Assembly (NCBI GenBank): GCA_021812945.1
Contig: JAKAMI010000002.1
Span: forward strand, 1,047 to 65,046
Direction of reading: 5' to 3'
Length of the DNA: 64,000 nucleotides
Source: a bacterium
GTDB lineage: Bacteria > Patescibacteriota > UBA1384 > XYA2-FULL-43-10 > JAKAMI01
Both the position numbers and the translations under genes were made by a program. Numbering within the stretch: the stretch's first letter is position 1; every line of letters begins with the position of its first letter. Under the pieces are notes generated by a model, which saw only the letters and a list, made by a program, of their open reading frames with translations, was not told the origin of the DNA and ran no database searches. This document shows, piece by piece, positions 53,910 through 63,398 of this stretch.

Positions 53910-56282
53910 ATGACCGCTCTCAAACTTGATTCACCCATCCAATACCTAAAAGGTGTGGGGCCGAAGCTGGCTGAGAAATTAAAAAGGCTGGAAATAGAAA
54001 CTCCGGCCGATCTTTTGTACCATCTGCCGCGGACCTACATTGACTACTCGCAAACGGTCCCGATCAAATCCACCCGCATCGGCGATCTTGTCGTTATTAA
54101 AGGAAAAATATCGGATCTCAGCATCAAACGCACGCCGCGGAAATGGATGGCCATCGTCGAGTTTTTGGTATCGGATCATTCAGGCTCGATCAAAGTTGTC
54201 TACTTCAACCAGCCCTACCTCAAAGACACCTTTAAAAACGGCGAGGAACTCTATTTTTACGGTAAAATTAACTATGACTATTCCGGCTCGATTAAGTCTC
54301 TCAACAGTCCGGACTTCAGCCGCGAGCCGAAGATCGTACCCATTTACCCGGAAACAAAAAACGTCAACAGTAAATACCTAAACAAGTTAGTAGTCGGTTG
54401 TCTGTCGTCAGTTGACAGCGCCAGAGAATATTTGCCCGAGGAAATAAAAACTCAAGCTAAGCTGGTGAATATCGAGCAAGCCCTGAGGTTTCTCCACCAA
54501 CCGGCCAAAATGGCCGAGGTTGGGTCGGGGCGCCGGCGCCTAGCCTTTGACGAACTCTATTTAACGGCTCTGCAAACGCAAATTTTTCGACAACAACGTC
54601 GGGAGCAAAAGGCGGTACGGGTCAAGATTGATAACAAAGAGCTGGTAAGTTTTGTCGACCAGTTGCCGTTTAAACTAACCGCTGCCCAAAAAAGGGCGGC
54701 TTGGCAAATCTTGCTTGACCTAAGGGGTCAAACTAAGTCCGGAGTCCAAGAGTCCAAGAGTCCAAGAGGGAAGACTTCCGGACTTCCGGACTTTAGGACT
54801 TTGGACTGGATTCCTCCGATGAATCGGCTGCTCAATGGTGATGTCGGTAGCGGCAAGACGGTGGTGGCGGCTATGGCAGCCTATGCGGTCATAAAGGCCG
54901 GTTACCGAGTCATCGTCATGGCGCCAACCGAAGTATTGGCTTTTCAACATTACAACACCTTTCAAGAAATTTTGGCTAAATACGACATCAGTGTTGGCCT
55001 GGCGACAAGTTCTAGAAAGGAAACATCACTTTCTGTCATTCCTGTGAAAGCAGGAATCCAGACGAAGAAAACTACTGGATCCCGGATCAAGTCCGGGATG
55101 ACGGACAAAAACAATAAAACAATGAAGCAATTGAACCATGTTTTTGAGACATGTGACCTCCTGGTTGGTACCCATGCGGTACTAGAAGATACTTTTAATC
55201 ATGAAAAGGTGGCGCTGGTGGTGGTTGATGAACAACACCGGTTCGGAGTCGAGCAGAGGGCAAAGATACAAAGAATGACAAGCTCCAGGAACGTCATTCC
55301 AGCCCCTCATCCTGTCATTCCAGCGAAAGCTGGAATCCAGAAATCATCAAAAGCCACTGGATCCCGGATCAAGTCCGGGATGACAAATGAGGACAAAGGA
55401 ATCCAAGCTCACTTCCTTTCGATGACCGCCACACCAATACCAAGAACGCTGCAGCTGACGCTTTACGGCGACTTGGATGTTTCGGTCATCGATGAGATGC
55501 CGAAAGGGCGTAAAGAAATCGAGACTAAGGTTTTTGCCGATCGTGATCGTGAAAAAGCTTATGACCTCATTAGGGATCAGGTAAAGTTGGGGAGACAAGT
55601 GTTCATTGTCTGCCCCTTGATCGAGGAAAATCAGGAGCAAGGTGGGCAAAGACAGTCTTTGCAAAAGGAGCAAAGACTGGCTTTACCCGAATTAGATCGG
55701 AAAACAGTGGTAGCGGAACAGAAAAGACTCAAAGAACAGGTATTTCCGGACTTAAAGATTGGGCTAATGCACGGGAAACTCAAGCCCAAGGAGAAAGAAG
55801 TAGTGATGAATGAATTTACCAGTCGCAAACTAGATATATTAGTCAGTACCTCGGTGGTCGAGGTAGGTGTCGATGTGCCGAATGCCAGTGTGATGATGGT
55901 CGAAAATGCCGAAAGATTCGGCCTAGCTCAGTTACACCAGTTCCGCGGCCGGGTCGGTAGGGCGGAGCATCAATCTTACTGTTTATTAATGTCATCCAGC
56001 CCTCGTCCGGAAAACATCAAACGCTTGAAAGCTATGGAAACGCATGCTTCCGGGTTTAAGTTGGCGGAGATTGATTTGGAGCTTCGTGGACCGGGAGTTA
56101 TTTACGGCAAAGAGCAATCGGGCTTCGGTGACTTGAGGCTAGACTGGGTTTCTGATATATTTCTACTAGAGGAAGCGCGTGAAGCGGCCAAGAAAACACT
56201 GACCTTGAATCCGAGTCTGTCGTCCTGGCCGGGACTGCGAGAAAAACTTGGCGAGAAGTTCGGAGAAGCACATTTAGAATAA
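53910..56282 (+). CDS. recG: ATP-dependent DNA helicase RecG with three composite repeat insertions
   Basis: LKGVGPKLAEKL (HhH), wedge domain, GDVGSGKTVVA, DEQHRFGV, helicase motifs. Inserts KSGVQESKSPRGKTSGLPDFRTLDW, SVIPVKAGIQTKKTTGSRIKSGMTDKNNKTMKQLNH and VIPAPHPVIPAKAGIQKSSKATGSRIKSGMTNEDKG. Confidence 0.85.
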   Translation: MTALKLDSPIQYLKGVGPKLAEKLKRLEIETPADLLYHLPRTYIDYSQTVPIKSTRIGDLVVIKGKISDLSIKRTPRKWMAIVEFLVSDHSGSIKVVYFNQPYLKDTFKNGEELYFYGKINYDYSGSIKSLNSPDFSREPKIVPIYPETKNVNSKYLNKLVVGCLSSVDSAREYLPEEIKTQAKLVNIEQALRFLHQPAKMAEVGSGRRRLAFDELYLTALQTQIFRQQRREQKAVRVKIDNKELVSFVDQLPFKLTAAQKRAAWQILLDLRGQTKSGVQESKSPRGKTSGLPDFRTLDWIPPMNRLLNGDVGSGKTVVAAMAAYAVIKAGYRVIVMAPTEVLAFQHYNTFQEILAKYDISVGLATSSRKETSLSVIPVKAGIQTKKTTGSRIKSGMTDKNNKTMKQLNHVFETCDLLVGTHAVLEDTFNHEKVALVVVDEQHRFGVEQRAKIQRMTSSRNVIPAPHPVIPAKAGIQKSSKATGSRIKSGMTNEDKGIQAHFLSMTATPIPRTLQLTLYGDLDVSVIDEMPKGRKEIETKVFADRDREKAYDLIRDQVKLGRQVFIVCPLIEENQEQGGQRQSLQKEQRLALPELDRKTVVAEQKRLKEQVFPDLKIGLMHGKLKPKEKEVVMNEFTSRKLDILVSTSVVEVGVDVPNASVMMVENAERFGLAQLHQFRGRVGRAEHQSYCLLMSSSPRPENIKRLKAMETHASGFKLAEIDLELRGPGVIYGKEQSGFGDLRLDWVSDIFLLEEAREAAKKTLTLNPSLSSWPGLREKLGEKFGEAHLE

Positions 56283-56441
56283 TTCATTTGAGTAGGCCAA
56301 CACAGACATCATTTACAGATTAAGCACAGATAGAGAAAACATTTTAACAAGTCATCCTGAACTTGTTTCAGGATCCCGGATTTCTTTGATGGGATTCCGG
56401 ATCAAGTCTGGAATGATGGACGGATCTGGGGAGATTTCGGA

Positions 56442-56924
56442 ATGTGGGACCGGATCGAAAGACATCGGTTGATTGTCGGCTTGTCGTTGGTGGTTCTGAT
56501 CTTGATCAGCGGCGGGGTCTTGGCGTGGAAACTGTCTGTGGCCGGGAAATCCGATACGAGTTCACTAAGCAACAATCCGGCCGAAGCGGACAAGAGGATC
56601 GACGATCTGCAAAGACAGATTCGAGAATTGAAAGACCAAAAAGCCGCGGTCTCCGATCCGGCCGCACCAGCGGCGGCAACCCCATCAACCAGCGATTCAA
56701 GCGGGAAAGTGGCTGGCGCTTCGACAGCATCGGGCATGGTCAACATTAACACGGCTTCGTTATCCGAATTGGACTCTTTACCCGGGATTGGTCCGGTCTA
56801 TGCCCAGAGAATTATCGATTACCGCACAGCCAACGGACCATTTACTTCAATTGATCAGCTAGATAAAGTAAAAGGCATTGGTCCGGCAACCATCGAAAAG
56901 TTACGCAGCAAAGCGACACTATAG
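56442..56924 (+). CDS. comEA: Competence protein ComEA (tandem helix-hairpin-helix DNA-binding)
   Basis: N-terminal TM; C-terminal [55 protein letters not shown]. Confidence 0.8.
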   Translation: MWDRIERHRLIVGLSLVVLILISGGVLAWKLSVAGKSDTSSLSNNPAEADKRIDDLQRQIRELKDQKAAVSDPAAPAAATPSTSDSSGKVAGASTASGMVNINTASLSELDSLPGIGPVYAQRIIDYRTANGPFTSIDQLDKVKGIGPATIEKLRSKATL

Positions 56925-57063
56925 TTGAAAGTAGAAAGTTTATAAAGTTTGTAAAGTGTTAATTTGTTGAAACCATACCAAGTCTGTCATTCTGAGCGAC
57001 TAGCGAAGAATCTTTGAAAGATCCTTCCTCCGTCAGGATGACATTTACAAGAGAAATAAATAA

Positions 57064-57150
57064 GCCGAGATGGCGAAATTGGTAGACGCACTGGCCTTAG
57101 GAGCCAGCGGGGTAAAACCTGTGGGAGTTCGAGTCTCCCTCTCGGCACCA
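57064..57150 (+). tRNA. tRNA-Leu (anticodon TAG) with long variable arm and encoded CCA
   Basis: GCCGAGATGGCGAAATTGGTAGACGCACTGGCCTTAGGAGCCAGCGGGGTAAAACCTGTGGGAGTTCGAGTCTCCCTCTCGGCACCA. Confidence 0.85.
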
Positions 57151-57257
57151 GAAAATTATAGGGGATGTGAGGGAGCCTAGGGGGGCATAGGGGAACTTAG
57201 GGGGTTTAGCTCCCATAAAAACCCTTAACATCCCTTAAAATAAATTAGGGAGGGAAA

Positions 57258-57761
57258 ATGTATGTAAAACGAAATCCTCTGGGCTACAAAAATCTTCGTA
57301 CTTGGCAACAGGCCAATGAAATATTTGATCTAACGGAAAGATACGTCCAAACTCTGCCGAAGTTTCACCCCAAAACCGGTCAGAAAATGGCCGATACCGC
57401 TGACCATATGCTCCGCTCGGCACGGTCGCAGGTACGAAACATTGAAGAGGGATATTCTCGCTCCGAGACTAAGCAATACATTGACTTCTTGGGATTCTCC
57501 AAAGGCTCGGGTGAGGAGCTTTTGGGAGACTTCGAGAAATGTCGCAAAGATGGGCTGGGTGATATCGAATTGGCCGATCGAGCCATTTTTTTGTCCAAGG
57601 GGGAAGGGAAAATGCTCCACAACCAGATGGAGGCTTTGCAACAGAAACGATTGAAGGACGGGGCGATGTCTGTAAATGAAAGATACAAATTGGCCAAGGA
57701 AGAAGATGTAAGGAGGGATGAGGAGTTTGAAAAGAAAGTCAGAGAGATCCTTGGGAAGTGA
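57258..57761 (+). CDS. Four-helix-bundle protein (23S rRNA IVS protein family), second paralog
   Basis: LRTWQQANEIFDLTERYVQ...RNIEEGYSRSETKQYIDFLGFSKGSGEEL; SD agggagggaaaATG; 108 nt downstream of tRNA-Leu. Confidence 0.6.
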   Translation: MYVKRNPLGYKNLRTWQQANEIFDLTERYVQTLPKFHPKTGQKMADTADHMLRSARSQVRNIEEGYSRSETKQYIDFLGFSKGSGEELLGDFEKCRKDGLGDIELADRAIFLSKGEGKMLHNQMEALQQKRLKDGAMSVNERYKLAKEEDVRRDEEFEKKVREILGK

Positions 57762-57907
57762 GTGCAAGGGGTATTATGGGATCTAAAGTGGGTCAGGGGT
57801 AATGACTATGAACCGCCTTAATTCCCCCCAATCCCTTGTGTAATTGCCATAAAAATTATTTTCGAGTAAAATTAAGACACAAATATTAAAATCAAAAGGG
57901 AGCTTCT

Positions 57908-58567
57908 ATGAAAACTTTTTGGACGGTCATCATTAGCGTCATCCTTACTGCCGGCGTTGCCGGTGGCGGGGTTTATTACTTTTTAAATAAACAGGCCACG
58001 ACTGATAAAAACTCCCTCAACTCCCAGATCTCAGACCTGCAAACCCAAATCTCAAACCTGAAGAAAACCACCACATCAACCACAACTACCGCCACCGCAT
58101 CAACCACCACCGATCCCACCACAAATTGGAAAACTTATACAAACACTACATATGGGTTTAGATTCAAATATCCTAAGGAGTGGACAGTTGAAGAGGGGGC
58201 CTCGGCAAGTTTGTCCCAAAGAATTGTTTCCGTAAAATCTGATCAGCCAAACAGCTCAAAAATTTGGCCAGGTCCAGGTAGTGTCCACTATTTTGACCAA
58301 GTCATTGTTAACAAAGAAAAAGAGACTACAATAAAGAGTTGGATCAATACCAGGCTTGCTGCCGGTCAAACCGACAGCAGTAAAATCGTTGATCTTAACG
58401 GAGAAAATTTCACAGAAATTGTAATTCAGGCGGATCCGAGTTATTTGGCAGAGTTAATACTCAATAATAGTAATCTATTCTCGATAGTCTTTGACTGGGC
58501 CTCTGCTAAATCAGATATCTCTGAAACCCAGAGTCAAATCCTCTCCACTTTTCAATTCACAAAATAA
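57908..58567 (+). CDS. Hypothetical membrane-anchored secreted protein (Thr-rich linker)
   Basis: TM helix, then TTTSTTTTATASTTTDPTT linker. Confidence 0.4.
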   Translation: MKTFWTVIISVILTAGVAGGGVYYFLNKQATTDKNSLNSQISDLQTQISNLKKTTTSTTTTATASTTTDPTTNWKTYTNTTYGFRFKYPKEWTVEEGASASLSQRIVSVKSDQPNSSKIWPGPGSVHYFDQVIVNKEKETTIKSWINTRLAAGQTDSSKIVDLNGENFTEIVIQADPSYLAELILNNSNLFSIVFDWASAKSDISETQSQILSTFQFTK

Positions 58568-58599
58568 TAACAGGGCCAGATTAATCACAAAGGAGTAAT

Positions 58600-58854
58600 A
58601 TGGCCGAGGATGAGAAAATTGGTGAGGTTATTCACTACTTCGACAAAATCGGAGTGGCAATAATCAAACTCGACAAACCTCTTAAAAAAGGCGAGTCGGT
58701 AGAGATTCGCAACAAGAAGGGCGAAGCCCAAAACTTAAGTGTCGATTCAATGCAAATTGACCACCAGGACATCGACGAGGCCAAGGCCGGCGACGAGGTC
58801 GGGGTGAAGATCTTGGGGCCGGTCCGCGAAGGCAACGAGGTGTTTAGGGGGTAA
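58600..58854 (+). CDS. Small hypothetical protein (possible EF-Tu domain-2-like beta-barrel)
   Basis: AAGGAG SD; weak resemblance only. Confidence 0.3.
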   Translation: MAEDEKIGEVIHYFDKIGVAIIKLDKPLKKGESVEIRNKKGEAQNLSVDSMQIDHQDIDEAKAGDEVGVKILGPVREGNEVFRG

Positions 58855-59016
58855 AAGTTATGGCAGAGAAGCCAGAGGAAGAGGAACTGGAAGAAATCGA
58901 GGAAAAACTTCTCGAGGAAGCCGAGAAAAAGGAAAAACGTCCGATGCCGGTTTCGGGCAGAAGTGTTTTTGGGATCAAAAAAATCAAAGATAAACAGACA
59001 CAGAAATAACACAGTA

Positions 59017-59057
59017 GCGATGACAGTCTTTTTAAGGCTGCAAAGACTGTCATCGTC
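59017..59057 (+). terminator. Terminator hairpin of the gacagtcttt family
   Basis: gcgatgacagtcttt-ttaaggctgc-aaagactgtcatcg; a second hairpin plus T-run at about 59085-59130. Confidence 0.5.
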
Positions 59058-59144
59058 CATGATAAAAGGTTCACAGGTTGTGACAAAAAAAATCCCGCAA
59101 CTCTCAAAAATCGGCGGGGCTTTTTTTGTGTTATAATCGGTCTG

Positions 59145-60908
59145 ATGAAAACAAGAACGAGTGCTATTCCAATCATCACCCTCGCGCTTCTTGCCTATCT
59201 GGTGTTTGATTCCGGAGGCAGAACGGTTTTGGGGGTTGTGCTGATTATGTTAATGGCGCTACCGCTCTCAATACAGTTCTATTTAATCCAAAGATCTCAA
59301 AAAGGCGGGCATAAAAATCGTATCTTGTTGTATCTTCCTTTCGGGCTGGTTGCCGTCTCATTCATCAGCGCCGCTTTCTCACAGTTCCGCTACGAAAGTC
59401 TGGTCCAAAGTTTTTACCTGCTGGCCTTGGTGCTTATTTACCAGATTATCAGCCGATTGGTTCTGACCAAAAAACACTTGGACATTATCGTTATCGCATT
59501 ATTTGCTCTAGGACTGGTAGAAAGCCTGATCGCCATATTCAATTATCTGGTCAGCTCCCTGCCCTCGGAGTTTATCCGGATGTCGGGGACATTTTACTGG
59601 CCGAATCCGCTGGCGGCGTTTCTGCTAGTTTCGATTATCGCCGGTTTGTATCTTTTGTGGATCGGCGAAAGATTCAGGTACCTGCTGGTTCTCGGGGTCT
59701 CGATCATCTTGTCGACCTTAATCTTAACCTACTCCAAGGGGGCTTATTTAAGCCTGGCGCCTTTGATCCTGATCCTAATTTGGCAACTCTGGCATAAATT
59801 AAAAAAAGGTTGGCAGGTTAAAGTTGCTCTCTTCATCGTTGTCACCTCACTTCTGACTTTCGGCCTTAGCCATTTGAGGCAAAATGGTTTCCAGCTCAGA
59901 TCTGGCTCGCTTCAAACCGCCTCCGACGGTTCGGCCAACTCCTTGACTCGGGTCAAATATTGGCGGGGGGCACTCGATATTTTCCATGATCACAAACTTG
60001 TAGGTTCGGGGCCGGCCACTTTTGGCGATGTCTACCCGCGCTATCAAAAGACTCCGGTCGATTATGCTAAAAATACCCATAACTTTTATCTGGAAACACT
60101 GGCCGAGACGGGAGTATTCGGCTTTTTAATCTTAATAATATTTAGTCTGCTATTGATAATAATACCAATCAGAACGTTATCGAGATCAAACGGCGCCAAT
60201 TTGGCAATTTATTTAGCCCTTTTGGGACTTTTGATCCACTCGACTGTCGATGTCGACTTATCCTATCCGGCGCTGTTTTTATTATTCTTCATGCTGGCCG
60301 GTCTGGCCGCAGGCAGTGTGACCGGTCGGAAAGAAGATGTGAAATCAGATTGGACGGTATTTTTTTGGCCGATTGCCGGTTTGGTTCTGGCCGTTTTTGC
60401 CGTATTCAACTATTATTCTGCTAGAAATTATAGCCAGGGTAAGGAACTGTTGCTGGCCGGGGATTACAGCGGGGCTTATGCCAAGTTTTCGGCCAGTATC
60501 AATTTTCTAAATGAAAATCCGCGCTCGGACTATTACTTGGCACAAATTGATTATGCGCGGGATAATAATGCCAAAGCCGAGACCGAGATTGATCGGGCGC
60601 TTTCGCTTTATCCCGTTTCTGCCCCGTTTTTTTTCACTCGCGGCCGGATCGTCGAAGCGGCCGGCAATGATGTTTTGGCTATCGATTCATATCTGAAAGC
60701 GATCGAAAACGACCCAAAGAATAACCCAAACTACTATATTTCATTAACAGAATTGTATCTAAAAACCGGCCGAAAGCAGGCGGTTCGGGATCTTTTGACC
60801 CCGATGCTCAAAAGTTACAACGATCAAACCTTCGCTACCCTGAATCTAAACACCGACCTGCCCGCGCAGATCAAGAAGTTGAGAGAACTGTTGAAATTAG
60901 CAAATTGA
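59145..60908 (+). CDS. O-antigen ligase (Wzy/WaaL-like) domain membrane protein fused to C-terminal TPR repeats
   Basis: About 12 TM segments with YWPNPLAAFLL...YSKGAYLSLAPL (O-antigen ligase motif region), then TPR-like repeats (YYLAQIDYARDNNAKAETEIDRALSLYP...). Confidence 0.6.
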   Translation: MKTRTSAIPIITLALLAYLVFDSGGRTVLGVVLIMLMALPLSIQFYLIQRSQKGGHKNRILLYLPFGLVAVSFISAAFSQFRYESLVQSFYLLALVLIYQIISRLVLTKKHLDIIVIALFALGLVESLIAIFNYLVSSLPSEFIRMSGTFYWPNPLAAFLLVSIIAGLYLLWIGERFRYLLVLGVSIILSTLILTYSKGAYLSLAPLILILIWQLWHKLKKGWQVKVALFIVVTSLLTFGLSHLRQNGFQLRSGSLQTASDGSANSLTRVKYWRGALDIFHDHKLVGSGPATFGDVYPRYQKTPVDYAKNTHNFYLETLAETGVFGFLILIIFSLLLIIIPIRTLSRSNGANLAIYLALLGLLIHSTVDVDLSYPALFLLFFMLAGLAAGSVTGRKEDVKSDWTVFFWPIAGLVLAVFAVFNYYSARNYSQGKELLLAGDYSGAYAKFSASINFLNENPRSDYYLAQIDYARDNNAKAETEIDRALSLYPVSAPFFFTRGRIVEAAGNDVLAIDSYLKAIENDPKNNPNYYISLTELYLKTGRKQAVRDLLTPMLKSYNDQTFATLNLNTDLPAQIKKLRELLKLAN

Positions 60909-61050
60909 GTCCGTAGTCTGTAGCCTGTTCCGTCATCCTGAGCTTGCGAAGGATCTCTACCTGTGGAATAGATCCTTCGCAAGCTCAGGATGACAAAATC
61001 AAGCTTAAGGATGACAAAATATCATAAGAAAGGCTACAGACTAACCATAG
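60907..61050. mobile_element. MITE-like element with terminal inverted repeats agtctgtagcc / ggctacagact enclosing GTCAT-type hairpins
   Basis: The internal tgtcatcctgagcttgcgaaggatctctacctgtggaatagatccttcgcaagctcaggatgaca is a perfect long hairpin. A homologous truncated copy is at 27320-27462. Confidence 0.6.
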
Positions 61051-61206
61051 GATTTCTCACTCGCTGACTCGTTCGAAATGACGCAATCTTATTTAGCTCG
61101 TCATCCCGAACCCCGTATCGTGGTACGGGGCAGGCCTGTTCCGAGATTCCGCTTTTTATGATGGGATGCTGAAATAAATTCAGCATGACAATTATTATTT
61201 CATCGA

Positions 61207-62010
61207 TTACTCTATCACCACTCTGCCGTCGGCATCGAAAGTGAGTGAGAGGCCAAAGGGATTCTCTGGCACGGACCTTAAAATGTCGGCATTAACCAAA
61301 TCATTCAACTGCTTCGGCCACTGGCCGTTTTTTTGTTTGTAGACGGTTGATGATTGATCAAACAAGTCGAGAAGCTGGTAGAAGTAGAGGTAATTTTTGG
61401 CGCGGCCGCGGGTCAATTCATCGGAGGAACTATCGTAAATAGCCTGCCAGATGGCTCGAGCGGTTTGCCGAGCGTTGGGCTTGGCGCTGTAGGCGGCGGA
61501 GACGGTTTGAAGTTCGGACGGGGCCCCGGGAGTGCGGGCGGCCAAATCGAAATATTTGGCGGCCTCGGGTTTGTCATGCTTATAAATATGATAAGAAGCG
61601 GCCAGATAATAAGCAATCTGCCAGTCCGGAATCCGGCGGTCGATGCCTTTTCGGGCTATCGCATATCCTTGATCGATCTTTTCAGAGGGTAAGATCAGGG
61701 CGGCAAAAGCGTAGGGGTAGCTGAACTTCGGGTCGAGCTCAGTGGCGAGGTCCAGATAATCGGCCAGTTTTTGGTAATTGTGATCAGCCCTGTCTCCGCC
61801 GTAGTATTGAATCGCTTGAAGCCAGAAATAGTCCGACAAAGCTGCCTGAAGTCCCAGATTGAGTTTCTTAAGCGTATCGCTTGAGGCCACCAGTGGCTGG
61901 TAGGCGGCCGAAGCTTTGAAAGCTTTGCTTTGCTTATCAAAACCAAGCTGGGTCAGAACGACAGCCGTGAGTAATAAAAGTATTATGATTATTAAATAAT
62001 GCTTTTTCAT
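61207..62010 (-). CDS. Hypothetical secreted TPR-like protein
   Basis: Signal peptide or TM region, helical repeat-like composition. Confidence 0.35.
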   Translation of the reverse strand: MKKHYLIIIILLLLTAVVLTQLGFDKQSKAFKASAAYQPLVASSDTLKKLNLGLQAALSDYFWLQAIQYYGGDRADHNYQKLADYLDLATELDPKFSYPYAFAALILPSEKIDQGYAIARKGIDRRIPDWQIAYYLAASYHIYKHDKPEAAKYFDLAARTPGAPSELQTVSAAYSAKPNARQTARAIWQAIYDSSSDELTRGRAKNYLYFYQLLDLFDQSSTVYKQKNGQWPKQLNDLVNADILRSVPENPFGLSLTFDADGRVVIE

Positions 62011-62163
62011 TTATCTATTTGAGTTTAAAAACTCTAAATTCTAAATACTAAAACTAAACTCTAAATAAATTCAAAACTCAAAATTCAGAGCTACAAGAGG
62101 TTTAGTTTTTTGAAATTTTATTAGAATCTAGGATTTGGAGTTTAAAATTTCCACCTTCGGTGG

Positions 62164-62925
62164 TCAAATGTCTTGGGCCGTTAAGGCAATGGCCGCCAGC
62201 ATCAGGAAAAGAGCGATAAAGATCAGAGCATAGAGTCCGGCAAAAACTATCAGATAAGGCGGGATAGCTAGAGCGTGGGAAGCCTCCAGACGAATGTTAA
62301 ACTTCTCCAGGTTCGGCAAGACATAGTAAAGAGCTTTGTAAAATGAAGCCAAGGCCGGCGAGGCTTTCTTGGCCGCATCGGGCAAAATTCCGACGGCGTG
62401 GCCGATGATAAAAACGATGATCGAGTAGATGGCGGAAGCAACGGGCGAGGCGAAGGTTGAAAATAGTATTGTCAGCGCCACAAAGACCCAGGTTTCCAGT
62501 AGCTGAAAGCCAACTGCCAAAAGCGCCACGCCGGGGAAGGCGTGGGAAACGACCCAGATAAGCGGGATGTAGACCAGGGCCATTATCAGGTTGGCCACCA
62601 GCATGGTTTCGGCCAGACCTAGGAACTTGCCGACCAGAAACTGGGTACGGGTTACCGCTTTGGACAAGATTATATAGGCGGTTCTCTGCTCCAGCTCTTT
62701 GTAAATCAGATTCGTGCCGAGAAAGATGGCGATAACGATCGAAAATAAATAAATACCGGCCAAGCCGAAGTCGGTGATTATTTTGCTGTCCTGCCCCAGC
62801 GAGATCGAGCCGAAGAGGGTGGTGCCGAGGATGAACAACACGGACAATATTAGAATTGCATAAAAAATCCGGTCCCGGACGGTCTCCTTGAAGGTGTTTT
62901 TGGCTATAGTGGTAATTACAGACAT
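62164..62925 (-). CDS. ABC-2 family transporter permease
   Basis: 6 TM segments with N-terminal MSVITTIAKNTFKETVRDRIFYAIL typical of ABC-2 permeases. The ATPase gene lies upstream. Confidence 0.65.
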   Translation of the reverse strand: MSVITTIAKNTFKETVRDRIFYAILILSVLFILGTTLFGSISLGQDSKIITDFGLAGIYLFSIVIAIFLGTNLIYKELEQRTAYIILSKAVTRTQFLVGKFLGLAETMLVANLIMALVYIPLIWVVSHAFPGVALLAVGFQLLETWVFVALTILFSTFASPVASAIYSIIVFIIGHAVGILPDAAKKASPALASFYKALYYVLPNLEKFNIRLEASHALAIPPYLIVFAGLYALIFIALFLMLAAIALTAQDI

Positions 62926-62993
62926 AAATTAAAAATCAAAAATTAAATATCAAAAATACAAGAATGAGTGCCCCAAGGAATCTGCTACTCTTA

Positions 62994-63398
62994 CTAATCG
63001 TCCAACATTGCGTGGATTCTCTCTCGAGCATATTCAATTTGACGTCGAGTTTCGACTCTTTCTGGGTTATCTGGATCTTCAGACGCGTTTTCTAAATCCT
63101 GGTCAAGAAAATCATTTGCAACTTCTTCTAGGTAATCTGGATCAGTGAAACCAGCATCGACGTAAAACATCGTAATTTCTAAATCAGCCCGTATTTTAGC
63201 CTCCGGACCGTTTGCGGAGTTTTTAACTTGATCTTGCCACTGGTCATAGAGCTGATTCGCCTTTTGCACTTCTGGATCATCCAGATCCAAATCATCTGGA
63301 TTTGTTGTGCCTGCTTCGATAAAAGGTCGGTAAGCAGCAATAACCGTGTTCTTAGTTACCTGATTTTTTGCCTCAGGCGGTGTAAATTGCTCGGTCAT
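62994..63398 (-). CDS. Acidic hypothetical protein
   Basis: 134 aa, pI strongly acidic. Start/stop overlap (ATGA) with the ATPase gene. Confidence 0.4.
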   Translation of the reverse strand: MTEQFTPPEAKNQVTKNTVIAAYRPFIEAGTTNPDDLDLDDPEVQKANQLYDQWQDQVKNSANGPEAKIRADLEITMFYVDAGFTDPDYLEEVANDFLDQDLENASEDPDNPERVETRRQIEYARERIHAMLDD

